Below are positions 45,405 to 55,095 of a stretch of DNA of 57,376 nt, one piece after another. Source of the DNA: Mollicutes bacterium. GTDB lineage: Bacteria; Bacillota_I; Bacilli_A; RF39; UBA660. The notes under the pieces were generated by a model that did no database searches, was not told the DNA's origin, and was given only the letters and a program-made list of their open reading frames with translations. The translations under genes were made by a program, and so were the position numbers. The stretch's first letter is position 1. Every line of letters starts with the position of its first letter. The stretch spans positions 1 through 57,376 of the forward strand of contig DUQO01000039.1 in NCBI GenBank assembly GCA_012837765.1, given 5' to 3'.

Positions 45405-46079
45405 TTAATTAATTATTTCAAAATAGTTCCCTGCATCTAAATATAAAATTCCATTTTTATCTTCGAACGTCGACACTATTTTATTATATTTATTTATTTT
45501 ATCGAAAGTATAAAGAGTAAGATAAACATAATTGCCATCATTCATAGTAAGTAAAAAACGTTCTTTGTCCACATCATTTGGACGATATTCAATTTCAGAT
45601 ATTTTTAATAAAACATTATTGTCTACTTTAGTCATACTACTTACTAATTTTTCATAAATAGATTCTGGAACATAATTGATAAGATGGGGCAAAACAAAAT
45701 CATTGTTGTCAACCAATATATTATTTTCAAGTACTACTTTTCCTAATGAACGGTTATAAAACAAAACTTTATTTTCTTCAATATAAAGATAAAGTTTACA
45801 AAACCATTTCTTTTCGACTTCAACATTCTTGATAAACGGATTTTTAGATAAAGATTTTTTAATTGAGGAAGAAGTAGTAAAAAAGAAACTAGGATAATCA
45901 TCTATTTTAGCTGTATTTAATATATCTTGATCTTTTAAATATGTTGTATTTAAAACACGGATATGTTTGATAGGCATTAAAAGAACTTTATACAAAATAA
46001 AGCCTATTATATATATAATAAAAACAACAATTAAAAATTTTACAATGTTAAACTTTCTCTTTTTTCTTTTTTTACCCAT
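45405..46079 (-). CDS. divIB: Cell division protein DivIB/FtsQ
   Basis: K/R-rich N-terminus, one TM segment, then POTRA-like and FtsQ-type regions. dcw cluster position. Confidence 0.8.
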   Translation of the reverse strand: MGKKRKKRKFNIVKFLIVVFIIYIIGFILYKVLLMPIKHIRVLNTTYLKDQDILNTAKIDDYPSFFFTTSSSIKKSLSKNPFIKNVEVEKKWFCKLYLYIEENKVLFYNRSLGKVVLENNILVDNNDFVLPHLINYVPESIYEKLVSSMTKVDNNVLLKISEIEYRPNDVDKERFLLTMNDGNYVYLTLYTFDKINKYNKIVSTFEDKNGILYLDAGNYFEIIN

Positions 46080-46082
46080 ACC

Positions 46083-46988
46083 TTACTCCCAATTGACAAA
46101 TTCCTGTTCAACAAATAAATCCACATTGTATTTTTCTTTAACGGTTTTTTTAACATCCATTATCAATTTTTTAATATCTTCTGCAGTTGCATTATCGTAA
46201 TTTATAATAAAATTAGCATGTTTTGGACTAACTAATGCCCCTCCTATTGCTTTCCCCTTCAATCCTGCTTCTTCAATAAGACGTCCTGCAAAATCATTTG
46301 AAGGATTTCTAAAGACACTTCCAGCACTTGGATATTCTAAAGGTTGAGATAGCAGTCTTTTTTGTTTCCTGTCTTCTATTAAATCTATTATTTCTTTAAC
46401 ATCAGCTTTTCTTAGAACAAGTGTCGCTTCAAGACAAATATAACCTTCATTGTGTTGCAAAAAAGAATCACGATAGTGAAAATCTAAATCTCTATTGAAT
46501 AATTCTTTTATTTCTAAATCTTTAGTCAACACTTTTATACTACTTGTAATATATCCCATATCAGATTTATAGGCACCTGCATTCATATAAATGGCTCCAC
46601 CTACAGTACCAGGGATACCTGTTGCAAATTCAAGACCTGAAAAGCCCATTTTTGATAATTTATAAGCTAGTCTCATTAAGTTATATCCAGCCCCAACAGT
46701 TATAACAGTATCATTTATTTTAAGTTCATCAAAAGAATCTAGTTTGATTATGACACCTTCATATGGTTTGTCACTAAAAATAACATTAGAACCATTACCT
46801 AATACTTTATATTTAATTTTGTTTTCCCTTAATATTTCAATAAGTTTGATTAGTTTTTCAACATTATTAGGATATACAATAAGTGATGCTACACCACCTA
46901 CTCTATACGTTGTATATTTAGATAGAGGTATGTCTTCAATATAATCACCTATTTTATGTTTCTTAATCTCGGTTATTAGGTTTTTCAT
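46083..46988 (-). CDS. murB: UDP-N-acetylenolpyruvoylglucosamine reductase
   Basis: LSKYTTYRVGG, LGNGSN and PSAGSVFRNP motifs. ATG 46988 has an AAGAGG SD. Confidence 0.9.
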   Translation of the reverse strand: MKNLITEIKKHKIGDYIEDIPLSKYTTYRVGGVASLIVYPNNVEKLIKLIEILRENKIKYKVLGNGSNVIFSDKPYEGVIIKLDSFDELKINDTVITVGAGYNLMRLAYKLSKMGFSGLEFATGIPGTVGGAIYMNAGAYKSDMGYITSSIKVLTKDLEIKELFNRDLDFHYRDSFLQHNEGYICLEATLVLRKADVKEIIDLIEDRKQKRLLSQPLEYPSAGSVFRNPSNDFAGRLIEEAGLKGKAIGGALVSPKHANFIINYDNATAEDIKKLIMDVKKTVKEKYNVDLFVEQEFVNWE

Positions 46989-48078
46989 CTTTGCCTCTTT
47001 CATTTACTAATTTATACGCTATATCATATATGCGTTTTGCACTGTCACGAATAACTAGTTTTGTTAAGTTTTTCTTAATTTTATTATATTTTTCAGTGTT
47101 TTTTAACAATTCCTCTATTGTACGTACTAAAATATCTCCATTTAAGTCCTTTTCTTCAATTACTAAAGTTGCTTCTTTATCTTGTAAATCCATTGCATTT
47201 TTAAATTGATGGTTATTAGTTACATATGGACTTGGAATCAATATTGTAGGTACATTTAAAGCAATTATTTCACTCATTGTAGTAGCTCCTGCTCTTGAAA
47301 CCATTACATCTGTTACCTTCATTAGTCTAGGCATATCATCGATATAAGGAACAACTTTAATGTTTGGTGATAACTTTAATTTTTTAAATTGGTCATAATA
47401 ATTTTTTCCAGTAACAAAAACAACCTCATAATCTTTATTATTAAATAATTGTAACATCATTTTCATCTTATCATTGATAACTGTTGAACCAAGAGAGCCC
47501 ATTACAATTAATATTAATTTCTTATTTTTTGATAACCCCAACTCTGTTTTATTCATCTTCGTTTTCTTTAAAGCTTCTTCACTACATGGGTTTCCTGTAA
47601 ATACTACCTTTTTCTTATCACTAATGTAGTTTATTGTGCTTTCAAAGGATGTTGCAATAACATCAGCATATTTTATAAGAAAGCGATTAGTGAGACCTAA
47701 CACACTATTTTGTTCATGAATAATAGTTTTGTAACCTAACTTTTTAGCTGCATAGATAACAGGCGCTGTTACATAACCACCTACTCCTATAACAACATCA
47801 GGTTTAAATTTTTTAATTAGTTTTTTAGCTTCCTTTATAGCTTTAAAAAAGCATCGTATTGTTTTTATATTATTAAATATATTTTTTCTGTCAACACCTA
47901 TAATTGTAAGCGGTTCGTACTTTATACCGTATTTAGGAACAATATCCTTTTCCATTCGATTATGAGTACCAATATATAGAAATTCACTATCAGGTTCTTC
48001 TTTTTTTATTTTGTTTATAATTGCTAGAGCTGGGTAAATGTGCCCCCCTGTGCCACCAGCACTTACTATGACTCTCAT
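46963..48078 (-). CDS. murG: Lipid II-forming GlcNAc transferase MurG
   Basis: SAGGTGGHIYPALA N-terminus. GT28 architecture. Confidence 0.92.
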   Translation of the reverse strand: MRVIVSAGGTGGHIYPALAIINKIKKEEPDSEFLYIGTHNRMEKDIVPKYGIKYEPLTIIGVDRKNIFNNIKTIRCFFKAIKEAKKLIKKFKPDVVIGVGGYVTAPVIYAAKKLGYKTIIHEQNSVLGLTNRFLIKYADVIATSFESTINYISDKKKVVFTGNPCSEEALKKTKMNKTELGLSKNKKLILIVMGSLGSTVINDKMKMMLQLFNNKDYEVVFVTGKNYYDQFKKLKLSPNIKVVPYIDDMPRLMKVTDVMVSRAGATTMSEIIALNVPTILIPSPYVTNNHQFKNAMDLQDKEATLVIEEKDLNGDILVRTIEELLKNTEKYNKIKKNLTKLVIRDSAKRIYDIAYKLVNERGKDEKPNNRD

Positions 48079-48154
48079 TTTATCACTCCTATTATAATTA
48101 TATCATGTATTATTTGATATATGAAGAGTGTTAATATATAAAATAAAAAAAAGA

Positions 48155-48709
48155 CTAATATAGTCGATTTTTATATATATAAATTGTTTTATCACCATAT
48201 TGTCTTTTTTTAATTACATTTAAAGAACCATAACTATCTTGTAATGCTTCATTATTAAATTCACATATAACTTGTCCTGTTGGAGCAATCATATCTTTTT
48301 CATTAAGAAATTTAAGAATATCCTCGATAACATGCACTTGATATGGTGGATCTAAAAAAACCAAATTAAATTTTATATTGCTAGTATTAAATTTCAAAAG
48401 AGCTTTTTTGTAATCAGCAAGTATTACTTTGGAAAACGTTTCTATTTTAAAGTTTACAATATTTTTTTTTAAAATATTTAAAATCTTTTTATTATGATCT
48501 ACAAAATAAACAAATTTTGCTCCATTACTTATTGCTTCGATTCCAAGAGAACCTGAACCTGCAAACAAATCTAAACATATAGAATCCTTGATATCGCTTT
48601 GAATCATTGCAAACAAAGACTCTTTAACACTATCCATCGTTGGTCTTGTGCCTTCTGTTTTATATCCATTTATAATACGCCCTTTTAAAAAACCACTTAT
48701 TACTTTCAT
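48155..48709 (-). CDS. rsmD: 16S rRNA m2G966 methyltransferase RsmD (YlbH)
   Basis: RPTMDSVKESLF, LDLFAGSGSLGIEA and LDPPY motifs. Confidence 0.88.
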   Translation of the reverse strand: MKVISGFLKGRIINGYKTEGTRPTMDSVKESLFAMIQSDIKDSICLDLFAGSGSLGIEAISNGAKFVYFVDHNKKILNILKKNIVNFKIETFSKVILADYKKALLKFNTSNIKFNLVFLDPPYQVHVIEDILKFLNEKDMIAPTGQVICEFNNEALQDSYGSLNVIKKRQYGDKTIYIYKNRLY

Positions 48710-49047
48710 GAATCCTCCAACCTATTATTACAATCTTTCTTTTTATAATTTAATAATTTTTGTATTTGACTATTAAAAAAAGATATAGCTAAACTTATAT
48801 TACTATATAGTTTTCGATATTCAGATATGAGAGGATGATTATACAATTTTTCTTTAGATTCTATCAATGAGTCAGTTATAATCAAATCTTTTTCGTATTT
48901 TATTTTCTCTTTTTTAAAAGATTTAATTAGTTTTTGAACTTCAACATCAGTACTTATCTCTTCTTTTATTTGTTTCAAACGTTTTACAGTATCGCTTTGA
49001 TCTATAAGTTCAATTGCTTCATCTGTTTTTAATAATACTTCTAGCAT
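48706..49047 (-). CDS. ylbF: YlbF/YmcA-family regulatory protein
   Basis: About 113-aa helical protein at the ylbF position. ATG 49047 has an AGGTGG SD. Confidence 0.65.
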   Translation of the reverse strand: MLEVLLKTDEAIELIDQSDTVKRLKQIKEEISTDVEVQKLIKSFKKEKIKYEKDLIITDSLIESKEKLYNHPLISEYRKLYSNISLAISFFNSQIQKLLNYKKKDCNNRLEDS

Positions 49048-49056
49048 TTTCACCAC

Positions 49057-49281
49057 CTACTTTAATACAGATAAAAATGTTTTAACTAATTCTAATTTAG
49101 AAGCGATATCAACAATTTTATCTGTTGGTCTAAGTCTGTAACGTTCTTTCATTTCGCTTACAAAATCATTAAAACGTTCAGGGTTTCTATTTAACTCTTT
49201 ATACCAATGTGAATTTTCTCTAATATATCTTTGATAATTACTATTGCTTTTTAATTTAAATTGGACATCTAAATTCATCAA
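49057..49281 (-). CDS. YlbE-like small protein
   Basis: 74 aa with YIRENSHWYKELNRNP, resembling remembered YlbE (REQPIWYRRLSR). Lies between the ylbD-like and ylbF-like genes. Confidence 0.6.
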   Translation of the reverse strand: MMNLDVQFKLKSNSNYQRYIRENSHWYKELNRNPERFNDFVSEMKERYRLRPTDKIVDIASKLELVKTFLSVLK

Positions 49282-49652
49282 TCTTCAAACCTTCGATAAA
49301 TAGGTCTTGGTCTATATGTGTCATTGATTTCAGCTTTGGTATTATCTCCTTTATTTGTTATTTCTTGAATCAATCCAATAGCCTTTTGAATACCTGCTAT
49401 ATTATTTTGAATACTTTTTAGATCCACCTTTTTAAACAAATTGACCATTTCTGTCAATCCAAAAGAATCTTGTCTAAGTGCTGTTCTAGAAGCATCATCA
49501 AGACCTCTATAAGCATTCCAAATATCGTGATCTGAACCATATAAGTCCCATGTTTCAAAAAACTTTTGCCATGTCATACTACCATTTCTTACATAAGATA
49601 TTAATTCTGGTTTTGTTCTGACGAAAGCTTTAAAATCATCTATTTTGCCCAT
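49278..49652 (-). CDS. YlbD-like putative coat protein
   Basis: FKAFVRTKPELISYVRNGSMTWQKFFETWDLYG resembles YlbD (FKAFVKKHPKLIKEVRKEQKTWQDMYENWVLFG). ATG 49652 has a GGGTGA SD. Confidence 0.65.
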   Translation of the reverse strand: MGKIDDFKAFVRTKPELISYVRNGSMTWQKFFETWDLYGSDHDIWNAYRGLDDASRTALRQDSFGLTEMVNLFKKVDLKSIQNNIAGIQKAIGLIQEITNKGDNTKAEINDTYRPRPIYRRFED

Positions 49653-49695
49653 GTAATCACCCATTACATTTTATGCAATGGGCGGACATATTTTA

Positions 49696-52236
49696 CTATA
49701 AATCGTCTTTCATGTCACTTAACATGCCATCTATTTTATGAAGATCATCATCAACATCTAATAAAGATAGTTGTTTGTATTCATCTTGCTTTTCAACATT
49801 TTCTTCTTTTTCTGCTTTCTCTTTTGTTGGTTTTTCTTTTTGTTGTAAAGAAGCAATTTCAAATGCATCTGCGATTTGTTTTTTACATATGCTTGAACCG
49901 GTACTATAACGATCCATAATTGTTAATTCACTTACCTTATACACCATAATGTCATTTGCATTTTTTATACCAATACTACTTTTATTATTGGTAACAAATG
50001 TCTTTAAAACCTTATGAGGGTTAGTTTTTACTTCCCTAATTATTTGGACTCCTTTTCTAGCCCTTGAGGCAGGTGACAAATCATTAATATGAATTCTTTT
50101 ACCAGTTCCTTTATCTGTAATAACAACTAAATAATCACTATCATCAAATATAGATCCACTTACAACATGATCATCTTTCAATGTAATAGCTTTTACACCA
50201 CTACCTTTAGTACCTATAATTGGTACTTCATCTATCTTATACCATAATGCATACCCATTATATGTCGTAAGTAAAACATTAGGATTATCACTATTAGATA
50301 TTTCAATTACTTTGTCATTATTTTTTAATTTAATAGCCATCATTGGTTTTGAATACCTAGTTACCTTAAAATCACTTAATTTAGTTCTTTTAATCATACC
50401 AAGTTTAGTAAAAATAGTAACATTTTCATTATCATTAAAATCATAAACTGGGATACTTCCAATAATGTTTTCACTTGCTTTAATACTTATTATATTGCTA
50501 ATATGCTTACCTAGTTCTTTCCACTTAGTATCAGGCAATTCATATACTGGAACATATAAGTAGTTACCTAAATCAGTAAATAAAAGTATTGTATCAAGTG
50601 TGCTCATTTCATAAAAACCAATAATATAATCGCCATCTTTAAGAGTTGTATCGCCTTCACTTGCACTATAAGATCTTTTAGATACTCTTTTTACATATCC
50701 TTCTTTAGTAACAACAACAATAACTTCTTCTTTAGCAATAAGTGCTTTAGTATCTATTTTTATTTCGGTAACATCTTCTTTTATTTCGGTTAATCTAGGT
50801 CTTGCATATTCTTCTTTAACTTTTCTTAGTTCATCTTTAATAACTTTCATCAATGAATCTTTATCTTCTAAAATTTTTGTAAGACCTTTAATAATAATTT
50901 TTAATTTTTTATATTCTGATTCTAACTCTGTAACATCTGTATTAGTTAAACGATAAAGTTGTAATGTAACAATAGCTTCTGCTTGCTCTTTAGTAAAATC
51001 AAATTCAACTACTAAATTATTTTCAGCATCACTTTTATTTTTACTTGCTCTAATTACTTTTATAACTTCATCTAAAATCGATAAAGCTTTAATAAATCCT
51101 TCTACAATATGTAGCCTTGCAACAGCGTGTTCTAAATCAAAGGTTGTTCTATTAATCACAACTTCTTGTTGATGATTTATGTAAGCTTTAAGCATATCGA
51201 TTATTCCCAATAATCTAGGTCTTCTATTAACTATTGAAACCATATTGAAGTTATATGACACTTGAAGGTCAGTGTTTTTTAACAAATAATTTAAAATTAA
51301 ATTAGAATCTGCTTCCTTCTTTAAATCGATAGCAATTCTTAAACCGTCTTTATCACTTTCATCTCTTACTTCAGCTATTCCTTCTATTTTCTTTTCGATT
51401 CTAATATCATCAATTTTCTTGATGAGTAATGCTTTATTTACTTCATATGGGATTTCAGTAATGATAATTTGATTTCTACCTTTAGTTGTTTCAAAAGATG
51501 TTTTAGATTTAATAATTATTTTACCTTTACCCTTTTTATAAGCATCTCTTATACCACCGATTCCCTCAACTATGCCCCCTGTAGGGAAATCTGGACCTTT
51601 TATAATTTTCATTACCTCATCAAGTGTAGTGTTTTCATCATCAATCAATTTTATTACCACATCAATTACTTCTCCAAGATTATGAGGCGGAATATTAGTT
51701 GCATACCCAGCACTAATACCATTTGCACCATTTACTAAAAGATTTGGAAATCTTGCTGGTAAAACAGTTGGTTCTAAGAATTTATCATCATAGTTTGGTG
51801 CCCATTTAATTGTATTTTTATCAATATCTCTTAACAATTCATTACTTATTTTTGAAAGTCTAGCCTCTGTATAACGAGCTGCAGCGGCACTATCACCATC
51901 AATAGAACCATTGTTTCCTTTCATATCAAGTAAGATGTGGTTATTTTTCCAACTTTGGCTCATTCTAACCATTGCATCATATATAGATGAGTCTCCATGT
52001 GGATGATATTTACCCATTGTCTCACCAACAGAACGAGCACTTTTTACATAAGGTTTATCACTTGTTAGTTTCATTTTATACATAGCATATAAAATTCTTC
52101 TTTGAACAGGTTTTAGACCATCACGAACATCTGGAATAGCTCTATCTTGAATAATGTATTTAGAATATTTTCCAAAACGGTCGCTCATAATTTCTTCAAG
52201 CGAATAATTATATATTTTTTGAATTAAATTTTTCAT
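49696..52236 (-). CDS. parC: DNA topoisomerase IV subunit A
   Basis: DGLKPVQRRIL, HPHGDSSIYDA and AAARYTEARL (catalytic Tyr) motifs. Paired with the upstream parE. Acidic C-terminal tail. Confidence 0.88.
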   Translation of the reverse strand: MKNLIQKIYNYSLEEIMSDRFGKYSKYIIQDRAIPDVRDGLKPVQRRILYAMYKMKLTSDKPYVKSARSVGETMGKYHPHGDSSIYDAMVRMSQSWKNNHILLDMKGNNGSIDGDSAAAARYTEARLSKISNELLRDIDKNTIKWAPNYDDKFLEPTVLPARFPNLLVNGANGISAGYATNIPPHNLGEVIDVVIKLIDDENTTLDEVMKIIKGPDFPTGGIVEGIGGIRDAYKKGKGKIIIKSKTSFETTKGRNQIIITEIPYEVNKALLIKKIDDIRIEKKIEGIAEVRDESDKDGLRIAIDLKKEADSNLILNYLLKNTDLQVSYNFNMVSIVNRRPRLLGIIDMLKAYINHQQEVVINRTTFDLEHAVARLHIVEGFIKALSILDEVIKVIRASKNKSDAENNLVVEFDFTKEQAEAIVTLQLYRLTNTDVTELESEYKKLKIIIKGLTKILEDKDSLMKVIKDELRKVKEEYARPRLTEIKEDVTEIKIDTKALIAKEEVIVVVTKEGYVKRVSKRSYSASEGDTTLKDGDYIIGFYEMSTLDTILLFTDLGNYLYVPVYELPDTKWKELGKHISNIISIKASENIIGSIPVYDFNDNENVTIFTKLGMIKRTKLSDFKVTRYSKPMMAIKLKNNDKVIEISNSDNPNVLLTTYNGYALWYKIDEVPIIGTKGSGVKAITLKDDHVVSGSIFDDSDYLVVITDKGTGKRIHINDLSPASRARKGVQIIREVKTNPHKVLKTFVTNNKSSIGIKNANDIMVYKVSELTIMDRYSTGSSICKKQIADAFEIASLQQKEKPTKEKAEKEENVEKQDEYKQLSLLDVDDDLHKIDGMLSDMKDDL

Positions 52237-52255
52237 CTATTAACACTTCCCTATT

Positions 52256-54160
52256 TTATATTGCATAATCATCTTCCATTGAAAAATCAACGTTTTCATC
52301 AATCCATTCTTTACGAGGTCCAACTTTATCCCCCATTAAAACACTAACTCGTCGTTCTGCTAAGGAAGCATCCGTTATACTCACTTTTATTAGTGATCTA
52401 GTTTCAGGATTCATCGTTGTTTTCCACAATTCGTTAGCATTCATTTCACCAAGACCTTTGTGACGGCTTACGATGTAGCCTTTTTTTCCTTTTGTAGCTT
52501 CAGTTAATTCTTCCTTTGTCCATAAATATACATCTTCATTTTTGTTAAATTCAATCCTAAATAAAGGTGGTAACGCAATATATAATTTACCTGCTTCGAT
52601 AAGTGGTTTCATATAACGATAAAAGAAAGTTAACAATAATACTTGAATGTGTGCTCCATCATCATCAGCATCGGTCATAATAATTACTTTGTCATAATTA
52701 CAATCTTCAATTTGGAAATCAGAACCCACACCAGCACCAATAGTATAAATCATTGTGTTTATTTCTTCATTTTTAAAGATATCTTCCATTTTTGCTTTTT
52801 CTGTGTTAATTACTTTTCCACGTAAAGGTAAAATAGCTTGAAACCTACGGTCACGAGCTTGTTTAGCTGATCCACCAGCTGAATCACCCTCAACTAAAAA
52901 TAATTCATTCTTTTTTGGGTTTCTCGTTTGGGCAGGTGTTAATTTATCACTTATGTTACGTTCTTTTCTAGTACCTTTATTTTTTCTAGCTTCCTCTCTA
53001 GCTTTTCTAGCTGCCTCTCTTGCTTCCTTACCCTTTATTGATTTGCCAATAAGTGCAGTAGCAATTTCTTTGTTTTCCTCTAAGAAAAATTGTAATTTTT
53101 CAGTAACAATATTTTCTACTACTGTTCTAGCTAGAGGGGTACCTAATTTAGCTTTCGTTTGACCTTCAAACTGTAATAATGTTTCAGGTATTTTAAGAGA
53201 TAAAATAGCTGTTAAACCTTCTCTAACATCACTTCCATCGAAAGATTTATCTTTACCTTTTAAATAATTATTTGCTTTAGCATAATCATTGAAAACACGA
53301 GTTAAAGCAGTCTTAAAACCAACTTCATGGGATCCACCATCAGTTGTTTTTACATTGTTAACAAAAGAAATTATGTTTTCTACATAAGCATGAGTATATT
53401 GAAATGCCACTTCTACTTCAATTTTATCTTTTTCACCACTAAAATGAACTACATCATGAAGAGTATCTTTATCATCATTAAGATAACTTACAAATGCTTT
53501 TAAACCATTTTCATAATGAAACTTTTCACCTTTTTTATCCTCTTCATCGATCACTTCAACTGTGAGGCCCTTGAGTAAAAATGCACATTCTTGCATACGT
53601 TCACAAATGGTTGTATAACTAAAGTTTATGTTTCCAAATATTTCTTTATCTGGCATAAAACGAACAGTAGTACCTGTTTTATTAGTGTCACCTATTTTCT
53701 TTAGTGGAACTTCTACATGACCACCATTAGAAAACCTAATATAATATTCTCCGCCATCCCTTTTACTAGTAACTTCCATCCACGAACTAAGGGCGTTAAC
53801 AACAGATGCTCCAACGCCATGAAGACCACCTGACACTTTATATCCGCTTTCACTAAATTTACCACCAGCATGTAACATCGTATATATTACTTCTGGTGTT
53901 GTACGACCACTTTCGTGTGTACCAACAGGAACACCTCGCCCCTCATCAGTAACACTTACCGAACCATCATTGTGTATAATTATTTTAATATATTTACCAT
54001 AACCATTTATTACTTCATCAATACTGTTATCTACTATTTCCCAAACAAGGTGATGAAGCCCTCTTTTATCGGTTGAACCAATGTACATACCCGGTCTTTT
54101 TCTTACGGCTTCAAGACCTTCTAGTACCTTAATCGATGTTTCATCATATTTTGTTGCCAT
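52256..54160 (-). CDS. parE: DNA topoisomerase IV subunit B
   Basis: ATG 54160 has an AAGGAGTGAG SD. LEGLEAVRKRPGMYIGS, GLHHLVWEIVDNSIDE, LVEGDSAGGSA and PLRGK motifs. Confidence 0.9.
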   Translation of the reverse strand: MATKYDETSIKVLEGLEAVRKRPGMYIGSTDKRGLHHLVWEIVDNSIDEVINGYGKYIKIIIHNDGSVSVTDEGRGVPVGTHESGRTTPEVIYTMLHAGGKFSESGYKVSGGLHGVGASVVNALSSWMEVTSKRDGGEYYIRFSNGGHVEVPLKKIGDTNKTGTTVRFMPDKEIFGNINFSYTTICERMQECAFLLKGLTVEVIDEEDKKGEKFHYENGLKAFVSYLNDDKDTLHDVVHFSGEKDKIEVEVAFQYTHAYVENIISFVNNVKTTDGGSHEVGFKTALTRVFNDYAKANNYLKGKDKSFDGSDVREGLTAILSLKIPETLLQFEGQTKAKLGTPLARTVVENIVTEKLQFFLEENKEIATALIGKSIKGKEAREAARKAREEARKNKGTRKERNISDKLTPAQTRNPKKNELFLVEGDSAGGSAKQARDRRFQAILPLRGKVINTEKAKMEDIFKNEEINTMIYTIGAGVGSDFQIEDCNYDKVIIMTDADDDGAHIQVLLLTFFYRYMKPLIEAGKLYIALPPLFRIEFNKNEDVYLWTKEELTEATKGKKGYIVSRHKGLGEMNANELWKTTMNPETRSLIKVSITDASLAERRVSVLMGDKVGPRKEWIDENVDFSMEDDYAI

Positions 54161-54188
54161 GGACTCACTCCTTACCTCTTCTTTATTT

Positions 54189-54218
54189 ATTATAGCATGT
54201 AAAATAAGGAAAGAACAA
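54189..54218 (-). promoter_or_regulatory. Putative parEC promoter
   Basis: On the minus strand: TTGTTC, 18-nt spacer, TGcTATAAT (-10 at 54189-54194). Confidence 0.4.
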
Positions 54219-54219
54219 G

Positions 54220-54247
54220 AAAAATCCACTACAGATTCTATAGTGGA
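54220..54247 (-). terminator. Hairpin terminator about 210 nt downstream of the YetF_C-like gene
   Basis: TCCACTA (54225-54231) / TAGTGGA (54241-54247). T5 follows on the minus strand. Confidence 0.5.
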
Positions 54248-54459
54248 ATACTATTATCTTTATATAACTACTAACTTTTATCTTATCTGTTATATCACCA
54301 TTTATATCTTCTATTCCTAATGTCCCTGTATCGACATACTTTTATATCCATAGTACATTACCATTTATATTATATTATGATATGGCAAAAGAACGTTTTT
54401 AAAATCGTATTACTTTAAACATACAATAACATATAATTATATTCTTCATTTAATCTTTC

Positions 54460-54873
54460 TCAACAATTGGAATTAATTCTTCCATCATTTTTTATTATAT
54501 AGACCTTATCTTTTTTATAAAAAGCATAAAAAACTTCTTCAAGTCTAATATGCTCGTTATTTAAGATGTTTTTAATCCATACATTATTTTTCTTTAATAT
54601 TTTTAAAGTAATATTATTTATCTTGCCATCTACAATAAGGGGGATTGGTAATTCTTCTTTTTCATATATCGAAATGATACCATTATTTTTTAAAAAAGCA
54701 TATTCAACATCTTCTATTCTATTTATCTTTTTTTTCTTAAGTTCATACATTAAAGAATTTATATTATACTTTTTTTTAATTAATTCTTTGTAACTTAAAA
54801 TGCCATTATTAATAATAAGAGCTTCTTTATATACAAATGGTATTATGTGATTATTAAATATACTTTTTATCAT
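54460..54873 (-). CDS. Stand-alone DUF421/YetF C-terminal-domain protein (no membrane domain)
   Basis: Two internal repeats, LIINNGILSYKELIKK...VEYAFLKNNGIISI and LIVDGKINNITLKILKK...VFYAFYKKDKVYI, typical of the YetF_C duplication. AGGTGA SD. Confidence 0.6.
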   Translation of the reverse strand: MIKSIFNNHIIPFVYKEALIINNGILSYKELIKKKYNINSLMYELKKKKINRIEDVEYAFLKNNGIISIYEKEELPIPLIVDGKINNITLKILKKNNVWIKNILNNEHIRLEEVFYAFYKKDKVYIIKNDGRINSNC

Positions 54874-55030
54874 TTCATCACCTATTAAATTATGGGTTTA
54901 GTTATACTTTTTTATTCAAAGAAATAGACTTTGGCGGATAGTTATAATAAATTAGGTTTTAATTTTAAAGCATTTATTTATTTCATCTTCAACAATTGGA
55001 AGAATAGTATGTATAATTATTAAAATAGTA

Positions 55031-55063
55031 AAACTCCAATTCATTGAATTGGAGTTTTTTAAA
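55031..55063. terminator. Hairpin terminator downstream of the surface protein gene
   Basis: AAACTCCAATTC (55031-55042) / GAATTGGAGTTT (55046-55057). T-run on the plus strand and a short T-run on the minus strand. Confidence 0.7.
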
Positions 55064-55095
55064 CATATTTAATATAACAATAAAGTTTTCTATTA

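Noticed and set aside
54952-55044. 30-aa hydrophobic ORF (MNWSFTILIIIHTILPIVEDEINKCFKIKT) upstream of the YetF_C gene. It might be a remnant of the missing DUF421 membrane domain.
   Set aside because: Its ATG sits in the loop of the 55031-55057 terminator hairpin. There is no SD, and the upstream sequence is CTCC-rich. It is too short to compare with anything by eye.
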